Assembly (NCBI RefSeq): GCF_037042905.1
Contig: NC_087249.1
Coordinates: forward strand, 8,310,001 to 8,374,000
Direction: 5' to 3'
DNA length: 64,000 nt
Source: Lytechinus pictus
Lineage: Eukaryota
The notes below the pieces were generated by a model, which was given only the letters and a program-made list of their open reading frames with translations, did no database searches and was not told the origin of the DNA. The position numbers and the translations under genes are program-made. Shown here in pieces: positions 40,640 through 52,243 of this stretch; positions within the stretch are counted from its first letter, which is position 1, and every line of letters starts with the position of its first letter.

Positions 40640-40850
40640 TATATTATCCCAGCTATAGCTCCAGCTGCTAAAGGCACTTGATGGAATTAATGGAATTAAT
40701 CCTGCTTGGTACCCATTCACCTAACCTGGGTGTAGTGCAGTACAATGTGGGTAAATTTCGTGATGTCAAAGGAAAACTGGCCATGGCTAGGATTTGAGCC
40801 CATGTCCCTCTGATAGAAAAACGAGAGTCGTAACCACTAGACCATGACTC
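40640..40850 (-). mobile_element. tRNA-derived SINE, diverged
   Basis: Reverse-complement homolog of 39866-40075. Confidence 0.75.
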
Positions 40851-42847
40851 TACCAGACGAATAAATAACTCGAACAAATAGATATTTCTCAATATTGGAA
40901 AAAAAAATTATAAATAACCCAAAGTTATCAAAGGCAATTAATAGTTGCAAGTTATAAGTATTTTACAGAAGAATCATGGGGTAAAATTTGAAGAACTTTT
41001 GGGGTGAAGCAAGTAGGATTTGGATCTTTGTTACATACATGTAGGACTTTTAACAGTCCTGATGCATGACATGCTGATAGATTTTAAGAAGTATTAGTTA
41101 ATCCAGTTCATTCAAGTGAGAATGCAAAAAATAAGAATTTTTTTTTGTGGGCATGAAAAGTTCTTGTGATGTTGAGGCTTTTTCCTCTGACCGGGAAGAT
41201 GTAAATACAGCCGATGATGATGATTACAGTGCAGTGCAGAGATGCAAAACTATATAAAAGAGATACCAATTATTGATCCAATTAGTGCTGCATTGACGAA
41301 GCCTTGAGAGTGAAATGATTCCTCAAGCTTCAAGTTCAGTCAGGCTGAGTTGCCTTTATTTTCATTTGCTAGTGTATTATTCCAGCTACCTGTATTGAAA
41401 AGGTCAGAGCATGCAAGTGCAACAAATGATAGGCCTTTATTGTACATACTTTCATGGCCACCGTATCATGGAGTCAGTATATCCGTCCATGGTCATACAT
41501 TGTTTAGTGGCACAACAAGCATGGAAGTGGGTTAAATAATCTCTTAGAAGATAAACTCGTAATTTAGTATATGGAATATATCTGTCATCAGCATTGTGAA
41601 CTTTCGCATTCATTGTTTACGGGATTTAATTAAGAGTTACATGTTATTGTAGCAATGTCTCTTGGAACAAATACTATCACTCTTGTGACGTCTTGGTTGA
41701 AATGTTATCGACCTTACAAGATAAAGAGTTTTAAGAAGTTACATTAAATATTGCCGATATCTCCAATTCTCCATGCACAAACCACATTCTGTTAATATTG
41801 GCATAAAAGCAGGCATTGTGATTCATTTGTCATTGTGATTCCAACATGAGCTTCAAAATGTTAGTCTTTAGGTAGGAACATGTTTCTTTGGTTCCATTGT
41901 GCAGTGCAAGTCTGAATTTTGTCAATCATTTCCATGGCTTTTTCTTGGGTATCTGACCTGAGATGAACTCTGGTTTAACATTTCCAAAGTGGTACGATTT
42001 CTCAGGAGTATCGAGGCCCAGCGCCGGTGCATGGTATGTCTCTTATGCGGGTGACTCATTAGTTCCTTGCCTTTGGCGGGATGTCTCTGGAATTGAAACT
42101 TTGTGTCGAGGTTTGCTTCACAAATGTTCCCTTTGTTTTAGATTTTCATGGTGTTGGCATATATTACGCATTATTCAAATTTATATTCCTTTTTTCTAAA
42201 AAATGCTAAATACTTGATACATTGTATATGATACTTGCACACATGGGAAGTTTCTTCCAAAAAGGATAGGCCTTCGTGCTATAAGTTTGACCTTATTCCC
42301 GATTTGCTCTTCATGGTTGTTTCATATTTTCCCTAGTTAATTTACCTGTGTTATCACTGAAAAAAAACTACCACTTCATCAGTAAAAAAAAAAGACTTAA
42401 GGCAAGACGGAAGTGTTTAAGCGTCGGCTGCTCCATAGCACCTTTTTGCAATCTCGCCACATAGACGTATCATTATCATTTCGCAAAACAGCTTCGGACT
42501 CGTAAAAGTGAAGACTAGTTGCACCCTCAACCTAGTAGTTGGTAAAGAAAGATTGCCCCAAAGAAAAATAATTTCAAGCTGAAGTATCTACAATAGTTCT
42601 TTGAAAAGGAGCTATTCAATGAAGAAATATAAGAACACCCTGAATACCGATGACCTTCCGACTGTCAATCAAATATTGATTTCTTATTAATAGTAGCAGT
42701 AGAAAGTAGAAACACTGTAGAATCCTCAATGAATGCATGATCAGTCATGATTAGATGCCATATAAACACTTCACTTCACCCCTCCCTCAGGGATCGTCTC
42801 ATCTATCATCTCTCTTGACCTTCAGGGATTCAGGGATCATCTTATGT

Positions 42848-42850
<3 letters not shown>

Positions 42851-42892
<42 letters not shown>
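42851..42892. repeat. (CT)n microsatellite
   Basis: About 20 perfect CT units. Confidence 0.95.
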
Positions 42893-42895
<3 letters not shown>

Positions 42896-43554
42896 GACGT
42901 TAAGTTTGTACACATGCAAACTTGACATTAGTTCAATCAGATTGCAGTTGCCAGCTACATGTACTGAAACATAGATCCTAAGTTTGCCCATGGAACATTT
43001 GTTTTTTGTATACTCATCACTTTGGAAAGATAAATGGCCTCAGTTTTTTCCACATGGGGCAAAGAAAATAAAGATTGATAGATGGCACTTAGGTGAACTT
43101 CATATCTTACATCATCATCAAGTACATGTACAAGGCAATGGGGATGTCATCTTTTATTTTGCTCTGGACAGTCAATTCAGTTTTCTCCAGAAGCATATAG
43201 TGGTAATATGTACATGTATCTTTATATTTAAAAAAAAAGTATGATTATTCCATGTTGAACTGCTCACAAACCAAGCAGAAAGAATCCTGGGGGGCACTCA
43301 CTTATATTGGTGGTACGGGGACGTTCTCTAGATACTCCGAATAATGAAAGTTCAGTGCAGAAGCCGCCAAGCTTCTGTAACAACTATAGATTTGTTTTAA
43401 ATGCATTTATCAGTTTAGGATTGAGTCAACTTTATTGAAGTGAAAATTACTATAGTTTTATAGTATTGTGTATTTTATTTTACACAAATTATTTAGTATT
43501 TATTCTTTGTATCTTTCAATCGTCAATTTTATCTTTGAATATTAATTGTGGACT

Positions 43555-43576
43555 TTCTCATCTATTTTACCTACAG
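43555..43576 (+). other. 3' splice site (polypyrimidine tract plus CAG) of the CHSY last exon
   Basis: TTCTCATCTATTTTACCTACAG immediately precedes the point where CHSY homology begins. Confidence 0.85.
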
Positions 43577-45178
43577 ATGCAGACACTGTTCTACAACAAC
43601 TACAGCGTTGGTGACACAGCATTCACTGGAGACTTGCAGAGATTGGAGGTCCACAATGCCATCACCATGCATCCCGTCAAACGGACACCGTACCTCTACC
43701 GTCTCCACAACTACCTCCAGTCCGTCAAGATCAACGATCTGCACATGAAGATCACCTCACAGTATCGAGAGATCCAGGAACTCAAGGAACTCCTTCACGA
43801 AGACGGTGAGGAATCAGTCACAGTCCTTGATCAGGACGCCCGGCGCTACGGGATGCCTATAAGTCTGAATCAGTACATCCCGGACAGCCACAGAGACGTC
43901 ATTCCCTGGAATTATTTCTCCCGGTACGTCTACCACTGTTGCCATGATAGCCCACGTATGGGTCTCACCCAGTCAGTCAGGACTGCCCTCAAAGACATTG
44001 TGATGCAGGTCATGAAGTTGATCAATTCCAATTCCCAAAAAGTTGGCAGGACAATAGAGTACAAAGAAATCCTGTACGGTTACTCTCGTGTCACGCCGAA
44101 TCGTGGAGCAGATTACATCTTAGATTTGTTATTGATTTACAAGAAGCATAGAGGAACGAGTCGCACTCTTTCTGTTCGAAGACATGCCTATCTTCATCAG
44201 TCCTTTGACAGGATAGAGTTCAAGGAGGAGGAGGATGGTTATGCAAGTAATGTACCTGCAACAGGTGGATTCCAGAGCTCACTAAGTATCTTTGGCCATA
44301 AGACAAACTCAGATCCGTCATCACAACTTGGTCGAAGCCCAGAGAGGATAAAGGCAACTATACACTTCATCATGCCTCTATCTGGTAGGCTAGAAATATT
44401 CCAGCGCTTTATGAAAAACTATGAGCGTGTGTGCTTAAAAGCAAATGAAAATACAAAACTACTAGTTATACTCTTTAAGAAAGCAATAGACGATCCTTCT
44501 GCAGATATCATTAGGACTGTGATGGATCACCAGAAAGTGTATCCTGGTAAGGAAATGAAGGTCATACAGGCGCAGGGAGATTTCAGTCGAGGTTTAGCCC
44601 TGGAGCTTGGAGCCGGGCAGTACGGACCGGACGCTCTCATGTTCTTTGTAGATGTAGACATGTACTTATCGCAGGGATTCCTCAACCGCTGTCGCATGAA
44701 CACAGACCGTCGAAAATCCGTCTACTTCCCCGTCGTCTTCAGTCAGTATAGCCCGGACATCGTGTTCGGCTCGGAGGCACGCCAAGGTAGCCAGCTTGTC
44801 ATCAACAACGACGCGGGTTACTTCCGTCACTTTGGCTTCGGTCTGGTGTGCCTGTACCACGGCGATATGAACGATGTTGGCGGGATGAACAATGCCATCG
44901 TTGGATGGGGGATGGAGGATGTGGACCTATACGAGAAATTTGTGCAAAGCAACATGACAATATTCCGTGGACCCGACACAGGGCTGGTCCACATATACCA
45001 CCCTGTTATATGTGACCCTCGATTAGAGGCGAAGCAATACCAAATGTGCATAGGCTCCAGAGCAAGCACGTACGGGAGCAATATACAGCTCGCCAGAATC
45101 TTACAAGAAATGTCGCAGAATATAAAAGGAGGGAAGAAGGAAGATAGTCATGAAGATGAAGATTACGATGGAAGGTAG
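43577..45178 (+). CDS. CHSY1: Terminal coding exon (533 codons plus stop) of chondroitin sulfate synthase 1-like glycosyltransferase
   Basis: Follows splice acceptor ...TCTATTTTACCTACAG (AG 43575-43576), phase 0. Translation MQTLFYNNY..HNAITMHPVK.TPYLYRLHNYL..ALKDIVMQVM..YKEILYGYSRV..GADYILDLLLIYKKH..VRRHAYL closely follows vertebrate CHSY1/CHSY3 as recalled. DXD motif FFVDVDM (44651-44659) and GWGMEDVDL motif of the GalNAc-transferase domain are present. Stop TAG at 45176-45178. N-terminal exons are not in the window. Confidence 0.93.
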   Translation: MQTLFYNNYSVGDTAFTGDLQRLEVHNAITMHPVKRTPYLYRLHNYLQSVKINDLHMKITSQYREIQELKELLHEDGEESVTVLDQDARRYGMPISLNQYIPDSHRDVIPWNYFSRYVYHCCHDSPRMGLTQSVRTALKDIVMQVMKLINSNSQKVGRTIEYKEILYGYSRVTPNRGADYILDLLLIYKKHRGTSRTLSVRRHAYLHQSFDRIEFKEEEDGYASNVPATGGFQSSLSIFGHKTNSDPSSQLGRSPERIKATIHFIMPLSGRLEIFQRFMKNYERVCLKANENTKLLVILFKKAIDDPSADIIRTVMDHQKVYPGKEMKVIQAQGDFSRGLALELGAGQYGPDALMFFVDVDMYLSQGFLNRCRMNTDRRKSVYFPVVFSQYSPDIVFGSEARQGSQLVINNDAGYFRHFGFGLVCLYHGDMNDVGGMNNAIVGWGMEDVDLYEKFVQSNMTIFRGPDTGLVHIYHPVICDPRLEAKQYQMCIGSRASTYGSNIQLARILQEMSQNIKGGKKEDSHEDEDYDGR

Positions 45179-45829
45179 CATTAACTGTATTAAAGCATGT
45201 AGCTATTGTAAAGCTTTGCCATGGTGATTTGCCTCAAAGATGAATTAGTTATATACCTGGATAGTAGGGAGTGGATTTAGAACTCATGTGGACTGTCAAT
45301 ATTCTGTCATAAGTGCAAGGCTGCAAGCCATAAGTAAAGAAAGCAAAAGAGGCCTACATGCCATACAGTATCCCATGAGCTAGACATGGCATAACACAAG
45401 TCCAGGACATATGAGTTGGTTACTCATCGCATTGATTTAAATTAACCCTAGATTAAACTTGTACCACATTTTTATGGAGTTCCAAATGCCATCTCATTTC
45501 CCAAGTGCATGTTGTCCACAATATCCACAATATTTCAGTGAAAGAATCCATACCAATGAACTTTTATGATGAAATTATCAATTTTAACAATAATAATGAG
45601 TACAGATCAACCTTTCATACGGTGAATAATTTTCTAAGTCAAGGAATCTTTTCAGACCAGAAAATGCAAATAGTTTTTAAATCTTCTAAATCAAAATTTT
45701 CCTTTAAGTTTAAACAGATTTCTGTGGTCAAAATTAGATTTGACTCTGGCAGATTCACCTGTAGGCGTAAAATAATGAACTTAAATTAATTCTTTGGAAA
45801 ATAATCTTTGTGATGATCGATCTTAGGAG

Positions 45830-45835
45830 AATAAA
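45830..45835 (+). promoter_or_regulatory. Candidate polyadenylation signal for CHSY
   Basis: First AATAAA I found after the stop codon. The UTR could be much longer. Confidence 0.25.
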
Positions 45836-46936
45836 ACGTAGCCTTCCATAAGTAGAGGTGTGGATTAAGATCCCTTGTTTCTTCTGGTCTAAAACTCTGG
45901 CTAACTTATTCGAACTGTAACCCTTACCGGGTGTAGCTTGTGGACCCTGCAGAAATGATGTGGACAACATTGTTCAAAGGCTGATGAACTTCTGGGAGTA
46001 ATTCTTGTGGCTTTGCAGCTAATTAGCCGTAGCTGAGTCACCAGTCTACGAATGCATTACCTTCGCAAAGTATATGTAGTCACATACCGTCCATTAGAAC
46101 TATTACGGCAAGATCATTTCTTGTGCCTATTCGAATTTCACACGTTTGTATTCCATCAAGTAGGCCTAATCACCATGGCAAAGCTGTTGAAAGTATATAT
46201 TTATTATTATTGATGCTATTATGCCCAAAGTTTACTTTCAAAAAGACAATCATTCCTCTTGTTTGAAAGTATAGTTCAAAATGTGAGAGGAAAATGCAAC
46301 TCTGTGGTGCGGGAGAGTACCAGATTCATGTGTGTGTGTCTTTTAATGATTCATCTCTTTTATGTTGAAGGGGGCCTCCACCCTAATTATACCAAGTTGG
46401 TTTTGAAAGAAGCAGACATATGAGGTGAAATGACAAGGGAAATTTTTTGAGAATCTGGATTCTGCATCAAATTCTTTTTAAAAAAGTGTAAGCCTTTGAT
46501 CCATCAAATACATTATCGCAAACCTGTGATATACAAGTTGAAACTTCCTTCCCATTTTTTTTGTGACAACATATATTTAATCTTGTTTCATTTGTTTCAT
46601 TTGTTATCAATGACAGGATAGAAGTGTTTTATACTTACAAAAATTATGTTTACATTGAGATTGAATCTGAAATGTGAAGCCTGTGGACCAGTTCCTGTTG
46701 AAGTTGAGTTAGTTCACAATAGTTAACAGTTGGAGTTCATTAGATCCATAAGAATTAAAAGTCCGTCTTAAGCTTTAGTAAAGAGTCACTAACATGAACT
46801 ATACTCAAGTATCAATGATTATTTCATTATTCCAAAAGCATATAATTGAATGCATTTATTTGCCAATTAGAATTTTATATGGCTTTTTCTGGCAGTTAGG
46901 ACTTCAATTTGAATCTAGTGCTCTCTTTCAATAACG

Positions 46937-47906
46937 TTTTTGTCTCACCTGCATAGCAGAGTGAGACTATAGGCGCCGCTTTTCCGACGGCGGCGGCGAC
47001 GGCGACGGCGGCGGCGGCGTCAACACCAAATCTTAACCTGAGGTTAAGTTTTTGAAATGACAGCATAACTTAGAAAGTATATGGACCTAGTTCATGAAAC
47101 TTGGCCATAAGGTTAATCAAGTATTACTGAACATCCTGCCTGAGTTTCATGTCACATGACCAAGGTCAAAGGTCATTTAGGGTCAATGAACTTAGACCAT
47201 GTTGGGGGAATCAACATCAAAATCTTAACCTAAGGTTAAGTTTTTGAAATGTCATCATAACTTAGAAAATATATGGACCTTGTTCATGAAACTTATACAT
47301 AAGGTTAATCAAGTATCACTGAACATCCTGCATGAGTTTCACATCACATGACCAAGGTCAAAGGTCATTTAGGGTCAATGAACTTTGGCCGAATTGGGGG
47401 TATCTGTTGAATTACCATCATAACTTTAAAAGTTTATGGATCTGATTCATGAAACTTGGACATAATAGTAATCAAGTATTACTGAACATCCTGTGCAAGT
47501 TTCAGGTCACATGATCAAGGTCAAAGGTCATTTAGGGTCAATGAACTTTGGCCAAATTGGGGTATTTGTTGAATTACAGCCATAAATTTGAAAGTGTGTT
47601 GGTCTAGTTCATAAAACTTGGACATAATAGTAATCAAGTATCACTGAACATCCTGTGCGAGTTTCAGGTCACATGATCAAGGTCAAAGGTCATGTAAGGT
47701 CAAAGAACTTTGGCCACGTTGGGGGTATTTGTTGAATTGCCATCATATCTCTATAAGTGTATTGGTCTAGTTCATAAAACGTGGAAATAAGAGTAACCAA
47801 GTATCACTGAACATCTTGTGCGAGTTATAGTAGTTTTCAAAATCAGCACTGCTGCTATATTGAATTGCGTGATGCAGGTGAGACGGCCAGAGGCATTCCA
47901 CTTGTT
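46937..47906 (+). mobile_element. Helentron-type non-autonomous element (HINE/DINE-1/pearl-like) with a central tandem array
   Basis: Starts in a T-run. SubTIR GTCTCACCTGCA (46942) pairs with TGCAGGTGAGAC (47873). Local inverted GTGAGAC at 46961, a (GGC)n microsatellite, and about five 162-192 bp tandem units. Confidence 0.8.
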
Positions 47907-49217
47907 ATTTTTATTAAAAATAGTCGTTTGAGCACTACATTTAAAGATTTAGTAATTGGATATCAGGAAAATACTGACAAAGATTATATCCTTCAATTTT
48001 CAGCCCATTCCACACTTGAGATGCTGTTTTATATAAACAAGACAAAATATGGATATTCTGTTTTGATCGGGCACTCAATTGAATTAAAATACGGGGCCTG
48101 TTTCATAAAAGTTATTAAGTTACTATTACAGTAACTTTGCCATACAGTGATAAGTTCCATGAAATCCTTGATTCTGATTGGTTGCTGATCCTTGTTGCCA
48201 TGTCATTTATAAGTGGATGGCGAAGTTACCATAAAATAATATACCATGAAAAATAATAAAATGAAATACATTTTTAGATCATATCCTTCATACCACAACC
48301 AATTTTTTTTTTGGGGGGGCATCTACATGCAGAAATGAAATAGTATAGTGACACTCACATTTAGTGGGATTTACCAAAACTGAAGACATGCTTTATTAAT
48401 ACATTTCAGGTAACCAGGTGCCCGCCTGTAATTAATAAGGGCATAGGAATACTCCAATGTTAATACCAAAATGTTCTATAGAGTAAATGAAAAGGACATA
48501 TACTGGTATATCACAGATTTGCCTATTTCTGTTTCATTGAAAAAAGAAATATTTGATTGTTTTTATACTTGCATGTAAATGTAAACCTTCCTTTATTCTT
48601 GTAATGTCTTTGTGTTGCTTGCTTTTAAAACCAACTTCATATTAGGGTGGATTTTCTCCCTTTTGTGTGTCATTTTTTTTAAAGCAATTGATGATGTTGT
48701 AAATGACTTTATGTAGTCCCTTATACTGCCAGCTGCTCACATTGTTTTCAATTGTACAAATTATCAGATGTGTTAAAGATCTCCTTAGTTCTACTATGTT
48801 TCTTGTTAACATGGATACAGGATTTTTGCCCAAGAAAGAGAAAACCTTACTGATTTGAACTGTTGAAGTGTACCATTTGTAATGAGAAAGAAAGTTAAAG
48901 CTGGATCATTCTATCCTTTAAAGACTGTCACACCTGAGAAGGGTATATCTTGAAACATTTGGACACAAGTAGGATAAGATGTGTAGGTAGGTACTTGCTC
49001 CATTTACGTGTAGGCCAACACATAAATCTGTATGCATTTTACCAAAAACTGGCAATGACTATTCACAATGACCGTTATTGCTTGCGCTTTTTGTTTAAAA
49101 AAACGTAATAGCCAATCTGGGGTGATGTTTCATATTTTGCTGTTTGATCAGTATGTAACATTCCTCAGATCATGTCAGGGAATGCCTTTTGGTGCAACAT
49201 GACGGCTTGTGTCATCA

Positions 49218-49501
49218 TATTGGGTTGTTGCGTCGGGTCGGGCAGTCGCGGAACCTGACCATTCGAGAATATACGGCCCCCCCCCCTTGATTCTCAAAAA
49301 TCGTCGGGTCCAGTTTTCCTGATCATTCGATAAAAGAGCACCCTAAAATTCCTGAAAGGACGGGTCAAGTTTACCCATTTTTTTGCTAAAATTATTGAAT
49401 GGTCAGAGGTAAACGGGATCTTACATCTTCGGAATTTAGGGGGCCCGATTCTCGAATGGTCGGCAATATGCGATTGCCCAACCCGACGCAACAACTTAAT
49501 A
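49218..49501. mobile_element. Small TIR element
   Basis: TATTGGGTTGTTGCGTCGGGTCGGGCAGTCGC pairs with GCGATTGCCCAACCCGACGCAACAACTTAATA (28/32). Possible ATAT TSD. Confidence 0.7.
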
Positions 49502-49515
49502 TAATGATGCATGAC

Positions 49516-50066
49516 CCCGGGGGGGCCACTTCCATTCACGAGTGGATACCATGCGCGACCATGGGGTCTCGAAAAGCACCCTAAACACGTAATTTCCATA
49601 TTCTGAAAATGCACCCCTTAACAAGTATTGGCGTGTGAAACCCTACCCTTAACAAGTATTGGAAACAAAACGATACTCTTGGCAAATATTCCCTGAAATG
49701 AACCCCTAAACAAGTACAAAAATGTTTTATTGTTACGGGTCCTTCGGTTGTCGGCTTTACCTTATTTGGTTTAGTACGACCCCACCTTCTACACCTCGCG
49801 CAAATCGGACTCTAAACACGAAGTGTTGAGGCAAAAAGGACATCCTTTATAAAACATTTTAATTTTGTTTTATCATCCCCGCAAATTCGACCCTTAACAC
49901 GTAATTTTCCGAGCGAAATAGATACCCTTTTTTCATTATTTTTGTGTTTTTGACACCCTTATCACGTTACGTACGTAACGTGCCCTATCGTGAAAAAGAC
50001 ATCCCTTTTACGTGTTTTTTTGGTCGCGCATGGTATCCACTCGTCAATGTAAGTGGCCCCCCCGGG
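49516..50066. mobile_element. CCCGGG-ended MITE with perfect 8-bp TSD
   Basis: TSD TGCATGAC (49508-49515, 50067-50074). TIR of about 45 bp (CCCGGGGGGGCCACTT..GAGTGGATACCATGCGCGACCA). Internal CCCT(T/A)AACA repeats. Confidence 0.9.
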
Positions 50067-50385
50067 TGCATGACATAAATCATCAGGCATGATCTAGCAA
50101 CAGGTTTATTTTTCCAAGATAGCAATTAATTGAAAAGCAAGTAATGACCAATGGAGATAATTATTGCGCGCACATTTTGTGTTTAAAAATTATAAATAGC
50201 CAATCGGAGTTGATGTTTGAAGTTTTGCTAGTGTGCTAATACTGGATCATGTTTTTAAGTGCAACATGGCATAAGTCATCAGACATCATGATCTAACTGG
50301 CTGCTGTCTTTATGTTGTAAACTTCATTTCCTGTTCAACAGGTAAACAAAGGGGGCTTGCTCTTTCATTTTGCTAAGTACAAGAA

Positions 50386-50813
50386 GGTATATTCAGACCG
50401 ACTCGATCACTGGAAAATCCAATCTGTCGCACAAACTTCTTCAAGCACCATCATATCCGATTAATGGAACTAAAGTAGACCAATTCAAGCGCGTGCTGTA
50501 TGGCCTGATTAGTATGGCCCGAGCATCCCACAGCCTTTGCACCCAACTGCTCACTGGCTTAGAGAACGTTCTCATAATTTGCTTTCACACTGCGAGAATT
50601 CCTGCGACTTTGGAAAAAGTCCCTGCTACAGTTCTTTTGATATTTGACAAGTACTTACTATTGAGTGGGTATTTCCTTTTGGGAATATTGCAAGTAATTT
50701 GCTTTCACACTGCAAAAATGCCATTTTTTCGGATGGGGGTGGATCAGGTTGTATTTTTTTTCCCGATCAGAGAAAATTAGATATTCTCACAATTTGAGGT
50801 GGTCTGAATATGC
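50386..50813 (-). mobile_element. Family E MITE
   Basis: GGTATATTCAGACC...GGTCTGAATATGC. Colinear with 4881-5361. Confidence 0.75.
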
Positions 50814-51645
50814 GTACTTGAAGAACTTTATGAAAGTTGAGGGAAACGAACACCTGTTTGAGTATCAAGTTGACTTTCAGGAGAGTGCCAGAATTCATAA
50901 GTAATAACTTCTTGGATGGATTTAATAAAGGGGTGCTCTCAGACCTCACAATTCACAACTCGGTATGGCTTTTTCAAAGGTAGAAAAGTGGTGTGGAGTC
51001 ATTTGTCACAGCAATTTGCGATCCATTGTAAAATTGCAAGTGTTTCTGGTCGTTTGATCTTTAACATAATGAGCATGCAACAATAATCTAGATTGGCAGT
51101 TGTCATTGTTCCATTACTTACAAACATTTTTTTTTTGCTCTTGATCCAATTCACATTGGAAGGTTAGAAAAAGTGTCCAGAAATGATTGTAAAAGGGTCA
51201 AGCATGTACATGTAGGTAGCCAGTTAAAATTGCAGACAATGAACATTTTGAATGACCCATTCCTCCCAAGATCACATGATAATCATGTATACAAACATGA
51301 GTCAGTTAAAAATGATGTTATTGTGGACCTAATAAGTAATTCATTCTGTTGATGAAAAAAATGTATTTTACAATTTATCAAAACTGCAAATTATGTTTTA
51401 AAGGAATTCCTTGCAAATCATGATTCTTAGCTTTAAAAATATGATCACATTAACTTAACTATAGACTATTATTCATCAAAGATTGCGCTTCAAATTCCTT
51501 TATTTCTAGATCATACGAATACTCTCTGAATGTCCTCAAGTTTTAACTTGATTTTCTCATGGAAAAACTGGTCCTAGGTTTGGCTTGATATCATCCAGAG
51601 CCCTCTGTCATATTTGCCTGTCAAAAACAAATTGTGCAACTTTAA

Positions 51646-52243
51646 AGGACAAGTCCACCCCAACAAAAAGTTGATTTGAATACAAAGAGAAAAATCCAAC
51701 GAGCATAACACTGAAAATTCCATCAAAATCGGATGTAAAATAAGAAAGTTATGACATTTTTAAATTTCGCCTAATTTCACATAATAGTTATATGCACATC
51801 CTGGTCGGTATGCAAATGAGGGAACTGATGACATCACTCACTCACTTTTTCTTTTGTATTTTATTATTTGAAATATGATATATTCTAATTTTCTCCTCAT
51901 TGCCTTGTGAACAAAGTTTTATTTCTCACTGATCATGTGGAGTTACCATTGCTTAACATTATATGGTTCAGTCAAGTTGGTCCTTATTGTCAAATCTGTA
52001 AAAATTGAAATATTGTATAATTCAAACAATAAAAAACAAAAGAAATTGTGAGTGAGTGACATCGATTCTCTCATATGCATGTGACTAAATTGTGCATATA
52101 ACTATTTTGTTACAAATAAGCGAAATTTCAAAATGTCATAACTTTCTTATTTTTCATCCGATTTTGATGAAATTTTCAGCATTATGCTTGTCTGATTTTT
52201 CTCTGTTGATTCAAAACAATTTTTTCTGAGGTGGACTTGACCT
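51646..52243 (+). mobile_element. Family A Kolobok/T2-like MITE (reference copy)
   Basis: Perfect TTAA TSD (51642-51645, 52244-52247). AGGACAAGTCCACC/GGTGGACTTGACCT termini with about 230-bp imperfect inverted arms. Confidence 0.92.

Noticed and set aside
43466..43576. First 37 codons of the 570-aa ORF
   Set aside because: T-rich intronic sequence with a non-ATG start, ending in a canonical acceptor. CHSY homology begins at 43577.
44666..45081. Antisense ORFs within the CHSY exon
   Set aside because: Expected shadow ORFs of a GC-richer coding exon.
47030..47830. CRISPR-like regularly spaced repeats
   Set aside because: Whole 162-192 bp units are homologous with no unique spacers. The context is eukaryotic and there are no cas genes.
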